DNA of 64,000 nucleotides from the human T2T-CHM13v2.0 reference genome, Homo sapiens. Below the pieces are notes generated by a model. It did no database searches. It saw only the letters and a list, made by a program, of their open reading frames with translations, and was not told where the DNA came from. How positions within the stretch are numbered: the stretch's first letter is position 1; every line of letters begins with the position of its first letter. The DNA is taken from assembly GCF_009914755.1 (NCBI RefSeq), contig NC_060936.1. The stretch is one strand, 5' to 3'. The position numbers and the translations under genes were made by a program. This document shows positions 38,248 to 59,258 of the stretch, one piece after another.

Positions 38248-39039
38248 CTATGAGATGTTGAATCTTAGTCTATCGCTTATCCACTATTGTTAACCATTAC
38301 TGTGAAAACTTTCTCCACCTCATTGGGTAGGTAATTAAGATAAGCCATTTTCTAATTATTTTCTGTATGTGTGGCTTTTGCTTATAGATAATAATGATAT
38401 GGATTAAGACACAAATAGTTCACAAACTTTTTTCACTAAAAAATTCACAGTGGCCATGACTACACAGGTTTAAATTTAAAAAATGTTCATTTGAATATTT
38501 TAAGAAGCAGGTACTTTAGTTAGCCATATCTTTTTTTAAAAAGGTCTTATTTTGAAATCATTTCAAACTTACAGAAAAGTTGCAATAGTTGAAAGTCTCC
38601 TTCATCAATATTCCCTAGTTGTTGACATTCTGTCACAATTGCCTTATCTATGTATGTATCTGTATGTGTGTGTAATTCTTTTGATGGTGGTGTTACTCTG
38701 AGCCATTTGAGAGTAAGTTGTAGACTTGAAGCCCCATTACCCCTAAATATTTCTGTATGCATTTTTGTAAAACAGGAACATTCTCCTGTGTACCCACAGT
38801 ATACCATCAAAATCAGAAAATGAACACCAACCATGATATTGTCATTTTATCCACAGAACCCATTCAAATTTCCCTGATTGTCCCAATATTTTTTATATGT
38901 CTAGACCTAGATTGTGCATGGTGTTCAGTTGTCATGCTCTTTATTCTCCTTTTCCTTAAAGTCTTTCATGATAAATATTTTGTAAAGAAATACTCTGAGG
39001 TTTTATAAATATGCTTTCTTCATCAAAATTTTAACCACT

Positions 39040-39420
39040 ATGAATGCATATACCATATGACCCAGTAGTATCATTCCTACGTATTTAACCAAGAAATATA
39101 AAAACTTAGTGTTCACACAAAAGCCTATACATAAATATTTTGTTTATAAACTAAAACTAGAAGCAGCTAGGCTTTGGGATGTGACTAAGCTGTTACATCC
39201 ATCCATACAGTGAAATACTACTCGGCAACAAAAAAAGTGAACTACCAATGCATACAACACGATGAATGAATCTCAATACATTATGCCAAGTGAAAGACAT
39301 CACATTCAAACCACTACATACTATGTTATTCCACTTATGAGGTACTCTTAAGTTGGCAAAGGAACAGAAAACAGATCAGTAGTTGCAAGGAATTGGAGAT
39401 GGAGGGAGGAATGGCTTGTA
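39040..39420 (+). mobile_element. L1M 3' region fragment
   Basis: ataccatatgacccagtag...gaaatactactcggcaac...atgaatctc...agatcagtagttgc. Confidence 0.65.
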
Positions 39421-39461
39421 AAATCTTTTAATGGCAATGGCATTTAGAAACCAAGATTAGG

Positions 39462-39568
39462 GTACTTGGCTTTGGCGGCACATGTATTGAAATTAGAATG
39501 ATACAGAGAAAATTAACATGTCCTTTGTGTAAGGATGATGTACAAATTCATGAATCATTCCATATTTT
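39462..39568 (+). pseudogene. Full-length diverged U6 snRNA pseudogene
   Basis: Collinear with U6 from gtacttggctttggcggcacat through ACAGAGA (39503-39509) to ttccatatttt; CpGs decayed. Confidence 0.88.
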
Positions 39569-39688
39569 ATATAGAATTTATATAAATATGTATGTATACA
39601 CATATACATATATATACACATATATATCTACATATATATTGTGGTAAGCTCAGGAAATCATTGAGAATAGGTTATAACTTTGGCATTA

Positions 39689-40042
<354 letters not shown>

Positions 40043-40235
40043 TTATTTTAAAACGCTTCATATTTATTACCTCTAGGGCCTTGTTATTCAGAGTGGTCCC
40101 CAGACTAGCATATAAGCATCACATGAGAGCTTGTTACAAATGCACCCCTGACTTTAAATCCACCTGTATTTTAATAAGATCTGGTAGTTGCATCCACGTT
40201 AAAGTGTGAGAAATTTGAGAAGCATTGCTCTGGGA

Positions 40236-40424
40236 TAAAGGTCTGCAATTTTTTTCCTCTAAAGATTTTCTGCCTTGCAGGCCATATGGTGTCTGTTACA
40301 ACTACTTTACTCTGCTGTTGTAATGTGAAAGCACCCATAGACTATACTTAAATGAGTGTGGCTGTGTTCTAGGAAAAATGTATTTACAAGAACAGGCAGT
40401 GGGGCAGATTTGGCAAGCCCCTGC
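40236..40424. mobile_element. MER58A-like hAT element
   Basis: gcaggccatatggtgtctgttacaactact...gagtgtggctgtgttc...tatttacaag. Confidence 0.6.
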
Positions 40425-40557
40425 TTTCAGACAGTAGAATTGAGGGATAAGGTCTTCAGGGAGCTTTTTTCACTTTATAACCTTCTGTGCTGTTTGTAAA
40501 AGCTATTACTGCAAGCATGTAATTAAAAATCTGGTGGGTTTTTAAAATTTTTTTAGG

Positions 40558-44460
<3,903 letters not shown>

Positions 44461-44820
44461 ACATGCCTGACCACCTCCCCAAAGTGCCAGCCCTTCTAAT
44501 TTTGATTGGTTTTGATATAGCTAATGGCTGTAACACTAAGTGTATGGTATGTTACCAGAGTAGAAAAATAACTACTGAAGTTGTTAAACTTTTTTTATCC
44601 ACAATGCTTTTTAGTATCAACTGTTAGGTTGTTTTTGAAGATTTCAATTTATCCATAGGTATATATTTGCTTTTTTCTTTTCCTAGCTCTGCTTTAATGA
44701 CCTGTGCCAAATGCAAGTCCTTTTTTTTTGATCTCAGAGATAAGTAAGTGCAAGTAAATGAATGCTTACTAGAGAATTGTTTGCTTCAAGTAAAGTGCTT
44801 TTTCTTCTATTCATTTTCAG

Positions 44821-45028
44821 GAATTAGAAGCTTATGTAGATGATATAGATATTGATAGTGATTTCAGAAAGGATGATTTTTATTACTTGTCTCAAGAAGA
44901 CAAAGAGAGACAGAAGCGTGAGCATGAAGAATCCAAGAGGGTGCTCCAAGAATTAAAATCTGTGCTGGGATTTAAAGCTTCAGAGGCAGAAAGGCAGAAG
45001 TGGAAGCAACTTCTATTTAGTGATCATG
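44821..45028 (+). CDS. VEZT: VEZT coding exon 11 (ELEAYVDD...LFSDH)
   Basis: ttttcag|GAA, G|gtaagc; 208 nt, phase 0/1; not in the ORF track, found by reading. Confidence 0.95.
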
Positions 45029-45426
45029 GTAAGCACTGACTTTAAAGTAACAGGTTATTTCAATGTAGGGGATTCTTTCTTTCTTGAACCATGAATGTTA
45101 TTTTAGCTGAAGAATTCTTGGGGTTTTATAAGGGTCCACCAGTATGCATAGTACTTTTTCTTCTAGATGCTAAATCAATTTGATTAATAAAAGAGTAGGA
45201 ATGTAACCACATTGGAAATATGAAGTCATACTTTTTTATGAGTTATTTAATTTTTTAGTAAATTTGTTTTAGAATGGGCAGTGAGTTGAATAATTTGGGA
45301 TATTTTAAATGTTATTTTCAAATTTAGTGAATTTGAGATTCTCAACTCTGTTGTCCATATGTTAAAATATTTAAAAATACCTCAGTGAAGCACAAAATTA
45401 ATAACTGTGCTCACATTGAAAAAAAT

Positions 45427-46975
<1,549 letters not shown>

Positions 46976-47631
46976 CTACTAGTCTCTCCTTCTCCATGAA
47001 TCCTTCTCTGAGTGCTCCAGCTCTGCCGCCTCTCCTAACACTACAGACCCTCACACTAGAGGAACATTGTGATAAAATATAAAGGAAGTCTTGAACCCCA
47101 AAGCATATAGCAGAGAAGGGAAATGATTAACAGATTGATTTCCTGCAATCTGTTCATTCATATACTGGGCCTACATACATCAGAGATTAATTTTAGGCAC
47201 TGTTGTTTTCTATATGTTCAGGGTTTTGTTTTGTTTTGTTTTGTTTGTCTCTGTAACAAAATTACAGTCTTCTTAAATAGGGGCCTTATTATCCCACAGC
47301 ATTCATTCAGCAAATTACTCATTCAACAAGTAGTTATTAGGTACTTGTTATATGTCAGGCACTGTTTACTGCTGTATCCCTAGCGCAAAGATCAAGAGAC
47401 AAAATGTAAAGCCTCCTACCTGCCTCAAGGCTTAAATTCTAACACACTCGTCAATTGATCCTCTCATTACTCAGATTATATCCACCCCATTTAATTAGTA
47501 ATAATTGTGAACTATCAACCAACTTCTAATATATGTTGCTTCCTTTAAGAGCTAACAGATTTATAAACTAAGAATGTACATATATTGAAAATAGCATTGT
47601 ATATAAACTTATATCCTTTTTTATTGTTTAG

Positions 47632-47713
47632 TGTTTCTTCATATAGCTTTAAAATTATGCTATTGACATTATGGGAAAGATTTATCAATGAGAGAAATGT
47701 GTCTCTTTTTCAG
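47632..47713 (+). CDS. VEZT: VEZT alternative exon giving C-terminus VFLHIALKLCY* (stop 47664-47666)
   Basis: ttattgtttag|TG acceptor, CAG|gtatgt donor; phase-1 join to exon 11. Confidence 0.55.
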
Positions 47714-47863
47714 GTATGTGCTTTTGATATAGTTTACATTGGAAAGGGTCATAATGCTGTTTTAGTTTGTGAAAATAAGTAAAAAGCTGCTGATACCATA
47801 GAATGCTTTTCCCATGAAAAATTTCAGTACATCTTCCAGAGCTGTTTTCATCTCTGCCTACAG

Positions 47864-47886
47864 GGGTAAAGTCCGCATGGAATTAG
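47864..47886 (+). CDS. VEZT: VEZT alternative terminal exon, C-terminus GVKSAWN*
   Basis: tctctgcctacag|GG acceptor; phase-1 join; peptide recalled from a short vezatin isoform; AATAAA at 48152. Confidence 0.7.
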
Positions 47887-48486
47887 AGGGGGAAAGTCTG
47901 CACTGGAACCTGCTGTGGCCATTTTTTTTCTGTTGTTGCTGCTTCTCTAGTGGAGTTACTGCAGCTTAGGGATGGTTCCTGGAAGTGGACACATTTTACA
48001 AAAACGTTTTTTAAATACACGCCAGCTCTTCGAGAAGCACTTTTTTCCTTCCGTCATGCTTCATACTATATTGTATTGTACTAACCCCTCATGCTGGGAT
48101 GAGCGACTGCCTAGCAAGCAACCCACTGCCTACTAACATCAAGAGGGGCTAAATAAAACTGCATTTTCCTTGCAAGGACAACTTCTACCGTATGAATATA
48201 TATTATATTTATGTATTATATTTTGTACAATAGTTGATCTTGAATGCAGACTTCATTTGTATTTTTCGTGGTACTACAAAATGTGTAGAAGTTATGGCTT
48301 TTCTTTCATTAGGGTCTTGTTAGGTGGTTGGCAAGTAAGTTAAATTGTATGTTGCATTTTTTTCCATGCTGTTTTAACTTGTAAATATATATGTATACAT
48401 GTGGAAGATATTATTATTATCTAGATTACTTTAAGCCTTTTATCTGATGTATTATCAGTGAAAACCATGCTGCTTATTCCCTAATA

Positions 48487-48671
48487 CAATGGTTCTCAAA
48501 CTTTAGTGTGTATCAGAATCAAGATGAGGGCTTGTAAAATATAGCTGGTCCCTACTCCCAGAGTTTCCATTTCAGGAGGTCTGGGATCAGGCCCAAGAAT
48601 TTGCATTTTTAACAAATTCCTAGGTGATAACTGATAATGTTGGTTCAGGGAACACACTTTCAGAACCACTG
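48487..48671. mobile_element. MER5A-type hAT element
   Basis: Terminal inverted repeats caatggttctcaaa / ttcagaaccactg; 8-bp flanks ccctaata / ctttaata. Confidence 0.75.
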
Positions 48672-48934
48672 CTTTAATATTTTAAATAAGATAATATGTG
48701 AGGTGTCATAAAAACCTTCATCAAATCCCTATCTCATTTCATTTCTTAGGCATTTTCTCTCTTATAAAGTTTCCTGGATTTATAAATTTTCATTGATTTT
48801 ACTAGAAAGTTTTATTTAGCTTTTATTTATTTATTGTTCTTTTTAAGAAAAAAACTGAGAGTTTGAATTAAAAGTTTAAATCATTGCTAGGTCCTTAGTT
48901 ATTTTTTTTCTTTTTTCTTTTTTTTTATTTGAAG

Positions 48935-49443
48935 CCGTGTTGAAATCCTTGTCTCCTGTAGACCCAGTGGAACCCATAAGTAATTCAGAACCATCAATGA
49001 ATTCAGATATGGGAAAAGTCAGTAAAAATGATACTGAAGAGGAAAGTAATAAATCCGCCACAACAGACAATGAAATAAGTAGGACTGAGTATTTATGTGA
49101 AAACTCTCTAGAAGGTAAAAATAAAGATAATTCTTCAAATGAAGTCTTCCCCCAAGGAGCAGAAGAAAGAATGTGTTACCAATGTGAGAGTGAAGATGAA
49201 CCACAAGCAGATGGAAGTGGTCTGACCACTGCCCCTCCAACTCCCAGGGACTCATTACAGCCCTCCATTAAGCAGAGGCTGGCACGGCTACAGCTGTCAC
49301 CAGATTTTACCTTCACTGCTGGCCTTGCTGCAGAAGTGGCTGCTAGATCTCTCTCCTTTACCACCATGCAGGAACAGACTTTTGGTGATGAGGAGGAAGA
49401 ACAAATAATAGAAGAAAATAAAAATGAGATAGAAGAAAAGTAA
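48935..49443 (+). CDS. VEZT: VEZT terminal coding exon 12 (AVLKSLSP...NEIEEK*)
   Basis: long pyrimidine tract then gaag|CC; 509 nt to TAA; matches the 168-aa ORF. Confidence 0.96.
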
Positions 49444-51570
49444 GAACCAAGATTCATATGAAGTGATATTAGATTGTTCCTTTTACAAAAGTGTTTAGCT
49501 TCAAGACTGGAAAGGGAATATGAGTGTAAGTTTACTATATATAAAGCTAAGATGTGGATTTACAGGAAGAACCCTGGTTTGAATAACTGATCTGAAATTA
49601 GTAGTTACCTGTAAATGGCAGATCTTTTAGGAAAATAAGAGAAAGGTAAGGGCTCTTTTGAATAAACTGCTGTTTTATTTGTGGCACAACTGATCAATCT
49701 TGGAAATTCTTTAAGTATTTTTAATAAGAAATGAATTATCATTTCTTGCCAGAATTTGCTACCTTAAGGTGATTGGGAAAATTCTGTTGCAAGAACATTA
49801 ACATTTAGTATGACTCCTTTTTACTGTATTCTTGCAGTTAATAACTGCAGCTATTATGTTAATAACAAGTTGTTTGTATTTTATTTTTGTTTATACCAGT
49901 CTTAAAGATCCAGGTTCTGAATAAAAAAATTAATTGATACAATTGATGTGTGCTGGGGTTTGGAACTAAAAGTAGTTTCAACAGTGCGTGGGTTATGACA
50001 TTTCTTATGTTTCTTTGTTCATGTGTGTATTTAGTAGTTAATTTTAAGATGTCCTAGTGATCTTTAAAAGAAAAATATTGTACCATTTTTTAGAATTACA
50101 CTTTCACCTTTCTTTTTGCAATTGAAAGTGATGATGTCAAAGTGGGATTTCTGTACTCCAAGGCCCCACCCCCAATTTAGCAAGCAGAAAAACGTTCCTT
50201 GTATCACTTTACCTTGGATAATTGGGTGCCATTAACACAAACAGGTCACAATCCTGCTGTTTTCTAGCCCTGTCCACCATAATGAGATTCAGGAAACATC
50301 CTGTCAGCCTCCTGGAAAGCATCCTTGTCTCCTTAGTATTTCATTTACAAACTACCTCTTAACAGAGACTGCTTTTCAAATTGGCCAATCTTACCTGTTT
50401 TGTGTTGTGATTGCATTTTCAAAGAGTAATTATTTTCAGCATATACAGTTTTGAAACCTGTAGCTCCTATGCAATAACATAGTTCTATAGACATTATTTG
50501 GGGGAAATGTAGTAATAACTCAATCTATGTTGCTGTCCTAGAAAGGAAATTGCATGATGAATCTAGATTGTCTTTAGAGTAAAGAAACACATTCAAATTC
50601 CTGTAACTTATCACTTTCAGTGAGTAAATTTACTTATACCAAAGGGGATTTTTTTTCTTTCAGGAATCTAAGGAAATTTACTTTTTAACCTGAGAAAAAA
50701 ACTTGGTTCTGCTTTATATAAACAGTAGAGATTATTGTACTATAAGTGATTTTGCCTTTTTGCCAAAATCCTGGAACTCATCTATAATTAACCTCTTCGG
50801 AGCAATACCTTAGGTTGGGCCTTGCTTTACTACTTAGAAATAGCTAAATTTCAATTTTAAAAATCTTTGTGTGTTATAACTGTTAAATTATTCAATAATA
50901 CTTAGGGTTTACTTTCTTATTTAAATCACTTATTTAGTTTACCGACTTCATTTTTCTTTGGATTTAGAAGAAGCAATTATGGAAAAACTTGGTAATCTCT
51001 CTCAACCTATAACCTTACACAGGAAGAATTAGAGTTTAATAATTTTTAATTCTTTTATTGTATGTTACTTTTATTACACCAGTTTGGGGGAAAATCTTCA
51101 TAAAATTGTATCAGTTTTATTCAGTGTTCTCTAAGGTGATACCTTTTAATTTTGAAAGACTAAATAATTTTAATCGAGAATTTCCAGTCTTTCAGTCTGA
51201 TCTATTTAATTCACTACTTGTTACATAATCCAGTGAAAACTCTACTTGTTGAAATTATGACATAAAGATCTTGCAGCTTTATTTGAGTATTTGTTCTTTT
51301 GTGTAGTTTCCATCTTTTAAAATATTTAAAATATTTTCAAGATAAAGTATTATCTTCTCTGCAAAAATTCCTGGAGTAATTTTCTCTCATAATATTTGAA
51401 GTCAGTGGTTCTCAGTTGTATTAGTGGGGTAACTACATCAAAATAAATAAAGTCTTATTTTTAAAATGCAAATTTTAGACCATACTCCCAGTGATTCTTA
51501 GTTGGTCTTTTTGGAATGAGCCATAGGTAATGTTTATGTCCAATAAAATCTAGGAACCTCTGTCTGGAAC
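49444..51570 (+). other. VEZT: VEZT 3' UTR (about 2.1 kb, Alu-free, AT-rich)
   Basis: Follows stop; AATAAA at 49661, 49920, 51442 and 51542; 3' end approximate. Confidence 0.75.
51542..51547 (+). terminator. Probable distal poly(A) signal
   Basis: AATAAA followed by a GT/T-rich stretch (tgtctggaactttgctcttctt). Confidence 0.6.
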
Positions 51571-51650
51571 TTTGCTCTTCTTGCCATGAATACCTTAGGA
51601 AGTATTAAAAAACAGGCCAATGTAATATGAGTAGGTTTTCTTGTTTGTTA

Positions 51651-52067
<417 letters not shown>

Positions 52068-54300
52068 TTATAATTGTGCTTTTTAAGTTTTACAATATGA
52101 TTTTTAACAGTATGATTCTTGTTAGGAGTATCATCCTGACAGTTTTTAATACAGATATTTCTGTAGTTTGTTTTACCAGGACAAACCTAGTACTTAATGG
52201 AAGAATGCATGTGAGAGTCTATTTAGGTCACTCTTGAAGACAGAATTTGTACCCTTTGTCTACCTCCAGGTAGGAAAGTCCATTTAAAACTCAATTTTCT
52301 TAATAGTAATATTCTGATTTACGTAAGAAAAGTTATAAAGCTTTTAGTGTTAAAGCATTAAAAAAATCAAGTCCTGATACATTCCACAAAATTGTAAGTC
52401 AGTGGAGTGTTTACAGATCATTTCACTCTGGTGACTAACTCTTCACTTCCTATCAGTAATGTAAAATATGAAAAAGTTCAACTGATTTGGTTTAATCATA
52501 GTATATTGTTCCTATACCCAAAACAAACAAAGAAACAGACTAAATACTATAAGAGTGTATTATAGCTCAGCTAAATCATTGTTTGAACTAAAGTAGATAT
52601 TATGCTAAGAATGACAACCAGACAAGGCATAAAGGTTGGTTTATTTTTCCAATTCTACTTACAAGAAAATAGTTATGCAGTTCACAATTAGAAAATAAAG
52701 CTACAAATATTTTAGAAGAGAAAATATAGAAAAAAAATGCAGTAACCATTTATCTGTCATCATAGACAGGTGATTAATTTGCCTAAGTTAACTTCTCAGC
52801 TAACTAAAACAAATCCATTTTAATAATTTAATAACTAAATGCACTACTTCTCTACTTTGTCTAGAGTATATAGAATATAATTTAACTTTTTCTGTCATCT
52901 TTAGGAATATCAGTTTCTATCATGGGGTGATAAACAGAAACTCATCCTCAGGGGCTACTGAGATATATGTCAGGTACCCCTTTACAACATGACCTCACAC
53001 TGGTGTGCTTTTTTCAGTTATGTCTGTTTTTCACAGTTTCTCTATCTTCCCTTATAATCAGCTGTCACTTTTGCCGCCGTCTTGTGTGCCTGCCTCCTGC
53101 AATAGGTCCCTAATTTGCTGCTTCTAATCTGCTGTGGACTGAGAAACCAGATTGCCAAGCTTGCTAGAATTGTGTCTAAAATAAGAGTAAGTAGACTGAA
53201 AGAGAGCTAAGGGGCTTTTCTGTCAGTAAAGTGCATGGACTTTGTGATACCTGCTTGACTGCTTAGCATTGTTTTGTTTGCCTCTTAGTTCTTTACTAAA
53301 AACTTGCTAAAACAAATACTTGGTTGAATATGTGATTGCCATATATTTGAAGTTCTAATTCAGTTTTTATATAATGATGTTTCTAGGACTTCCATTAATG
53401 AATTCAACTATAAGAGAAATTTGACTATCATTTTTGAATAAATAATTGTGTATATTTCAGAAAAATGTTAAACGTATTGTTATCATTAATTGTTCTTAGT
53501 ACAGTACACAGATTTAAAACTTATGGCACTATAAATGTAACTTCAACTCTGTTCATCAAGACTTATGTTCTAGAAATATTGTTATGAGACTAAAGATGGC
53601 TAATTTAGTAAGAACTGGGTAACTTGAATATTTGGGGAATGAGTCATTCTAGATATCCCAGTTTCCTGCAGAGCTTGAACCTCTTTCAGCCCTAAAATTT
53701 TTTGGAATAATCTCTGAAGGAAATCTTCATAAAATTGATATGCATTACTGTCTTAAATAATATATGAATGTATTTTAATTTGTTTGGTATCAAAATGATC
53801 AGCATTAACATCACTTATTATAATCTGATAGACTAATCAGACATTGAGAGCTGTTTGTCCCTGTACTAAATGGCTCCATTCTGCTGTACTCGTTTTAGTT
53901 TTCATGTCTTTAACAGTCGTTCTGATTCTTCCATTTCTATTACTGCTTGCTTAAGTGTGCCTGTAGCAGTAGCCCTTCTCCACCTTCATAATGTGCCTTC
54001 TGATCTGCTTTCATTTTGGAGACCAGACAAACTAAGTTTATTAGACTTCTGTGTAAAGTAAGAATAAATAAACTCAAAGTGAAGACTTGAGGAAGTGGAT
54101 TATGCTTAAATGCATGGATTTTGTGACATCTGTTACTTTACTACCTGTTTCATTGCTATCGTTAAAATAAGTGAAGCTACCGAATTAGATACCTGCTCTC
54201 AAAATAGAAAAGTTGTTATGGTACAAAAGGAACTATTTTGTTTACATACTTTACTTTCTCTAAAGTTAGTTCTATACTAGAATTATTTGGCGCTGATTAA

Positions 54301-56495
<2,195 letters not shown>

Positions 56496-57191
56496 GAAGG
56501 AAAATGAAATGTGTGATAAATTAAAGTGCATATAGTATTTTTTATGGTATATATTTTAATGTATTTTAGCTTGTCAGCAATGAAATTAGTTTTATCTCTA
56601 TGTATTGAACTTCATTTAGCAACATATTATTGCAATAGTACAGTATTTAAGCTGCATATTCTCTTGACTGCATTATCCTTTAAAATCAGTATATTCTATG
56701 AGATATGGCTATGGATATATATATTTCCTCTCCTATTTATATCCTAAGATTTTCTTAAAGGATAATTTTACTGTTTTAGGCTTTATGTTTTTCAGTTTTA
56801 TATCATTTCCTAAAGCTTAGCTACCTACAAATGAATATTATTGAAGAATTTTTCTAAAACTAAAGCATGTCTTTTATAAGTTTACTCTTTTATAATATCC
56901 TAAACAAAGCATATCCTTTTCCCCTTCCTTAAGTAAATTCTTAAGGAAATTAACTTCATTTCTAAATCAAAGTATTTTCTGCACTTTTATTGCACCAATC
57001 TGTTACCTTCTGTTCATACCATGACTTAAATAATGCTTACTCAGGCACAGTACTATCAGCTGACAACGTACAGAAGGCTCCAGAAATGTCACTCCCATCC
57101 CTTAAAGGTTGGTATATGGTCCTGGTACAGTCGTGGAGGTCCATATGGGTGAAAAGCCCAGAAGTCTACCTGAGCTGAAAGCACTCCCAAG

Positions 57192-57285
57192 GAGTTTGGT
57201 TTTGTTTGGGTTTGTTCTAGGTATGGTCCCAGGGATCCCAGATCAAACCAGGCCCCTGGGCCTATCCTAGAACCAACCTAAGCTC
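57192..57285 (+). ncRNA. MIR331: miR-331 precursor (5p 57217-57238; 3p 57252-57272)
   Basis: Hairpin containing CTAGGTATGGTCCCAGGGATCC and GCCCCTGGGCCTATCCTAGAA; TTCTAGG pairs with CCTAGAA. Confidence 0.95.
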
Positions 57286-58694
57286 GCGCATCATTCCTGG
57301 AACATCAAGAGTGTGAAGACTGAAGATAACCTGAGGCCTACCAGACATCCTATATTCACCAAGATTCACATTTTTTGGTATGTGTGCCTACATTTTAGCA
57401 AAAATTGGTTGGTTAATCCTTCTAAAATTAGAGGGATGACATTGGGTAACAAAGTCTTCCCAGCCTTTGGCATTATAGTAATTTCTCGCAATAGAAATTC
57501 CATACAGATATTATTGCCAGTGAAGAGAGCTATTCTTGTTTATTATCAGTTCTATATTTTTAGCTGAAGCAACTTAGCCCTAAAAAACCCCAAAATCAAC
57601 TTCTTCCTCCAAATTAAACTCTCCCCCAAATTTAATGGTTTCTGTTTTCTTAAATGTTTTTCTACTTGACACTGTTATGTCAGTCTCATGTAACTGAATA
57701 ATTGTTCATAATTTCTGAAGAGCATTTAGTCTTTGCCATCTGGCTTCAGTGCCAAATGATTTTCAATTCTTGTTTTTGGAGACTAATGACTTTTTCCTTA
57801 ATTTATTATCAAATTTGCCACATTTTAGAGCTCACTTTTAGAAGTTCTGCTATGGTTAATGAAAACAAGCTAGAATGACACAGTAGAAATTGGTTAATAC
57901 GTCACATTTTACATCACTATTTTGTAGAAGATTTTTAGTAAGTTTCTCTATTTTTATTCCTTGCCACTCTGGATTTTACAAATATTCTGACCTAGTTGAT
58001 CCATCACATGGTCTCATATCACAACTGTTGCATCGCTATATTCACATAGATGTTTTTCTGTTTAATTTAGAAGACAGTATTTCTGAAAAAGTATGAAACG
58101 ACCCCAAATCCAAAAGTTATGGTGCACAATGAAAATGTATGCTTTTAATAATGCTGGCTTCTGCAGTAGGTGTAGACCATGTTTCAAATAACCACAGACT
58201 AATCAGAAACTCCACCTGTGAAAGGAACTTGAAATTGTGCTATTCCTCCAAGCTTATAACACCAGCAAATTGGGTCAATAGGTTATTCCTTTAAAATAGG
58301 ACTATGAGCCTACAGAGGCTCACTCTGAAGAACTCAGCCGTGGAGTTAGTTCTGTACTATATCCATCACAACAGACATGCTTCATCCCATAGACTTCTTG
58401 ACATAGCTTGAAATGAGTGAACCCATCCTTGATTTATATACATATATGTTCTCAGTATTTTGGGAGCCTTTCCACTTTTTTAAACCTTGTTCATTATGAA
58501 CACTGAAAATAGGAATTTGTGAAGAGTTAAAAAGTTATAGCTTGTTTACGTAGTAAGTTTTTGAAGTCTACATTCAATCCAGACACTTAGTTGAGTGTTA
58601 AACTGTGATTTTTAAAAAATATCATTTGAGAATATTCTTTCAGAGGTATTTTCATTTTTACTTTTTGATTAATTGTGTTTTATATATTAGGGTA

Positions 58695-58756
58695 GTACAT
58701 TTCCTACCCTACCTGAAGACTTGAGATTATAGTCTTTGGGGGGATGGGCAAAGTAC
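58695..58756 (+). ncRNA. MIR3685: miR-3685 precursor
   Basis: GTAC-bounded hairpin with TTTCCTACCCTACCTGAAGACT 5' arm, recognised from memory. Confidence 0.8.
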
Positions 58757-58784
58757 TCTCTTTTTTTGCATCTTTTAAATTGTG

Positions 58785-59258
58785 ATTTTTAAAAACACAT
58801 ATAAATTTTACTATCTTAACCATTTTTATGTGTATAGTTCAATGAGATTAAGTCCAGTCACATTGGTGTGAAACAGATCTTCAGAATTTTTTCATCTTGC
58901 AAATCTGGGACTCTATACCCATTAAACAACTCCCATTTTCCCCTTCCCCACAGCCTTGGCAACCATCATTCTACTTTTCTCTATGAATTTCACTACTTTA
59001 GATACCTCATATAAATGGAATCATACAGGATTTGTCCTTTTGTAGCTGACATATTTCACTTAACATAATGTCCTCAAGGTTCATCCATATTGTAGAATGT
59101 GATAGGATTTCCTGCCATTTTAAGGCTGAATAATATTCCACTGCATGTATTTACCACATTTTTTTATCCATTCATCTGTTGGTGGACGTTTGGGTTGCCT
59201 CCATCTCTTGGCTATTGTGAATAATGCTGCTGTAAACATGAGTGTGCAAATATCTATA
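58785..59258 (-). mobile_element. L1MB-like 3' end fragment
   Basis: atcttaaccattttt...ccttggcaaccatcattctact...ggctattgtgaataatgctgc. Confidence 0.75.

Noticed and set aside
47611-47619. ATATCCTTT just upstream of the 82-nt alternative exon, resembling a U11-binding site
   Set aside because: Single copy; the same 9-mer also occurs at about 4502 and 56911 in AT-rich DNA, so chance is sufficient
49019-49457. Minus-strand ORFs overlapping exon 12
   Set aside because: Shadow frames of the coding exon; no promoter or splice support
58305-58322. Small perfect hairpin tgagcct-acag-aggctca between the two miRNAs
   Set aside because: A 7-bp stem is expected by chance; no miRNA or snoRNA features
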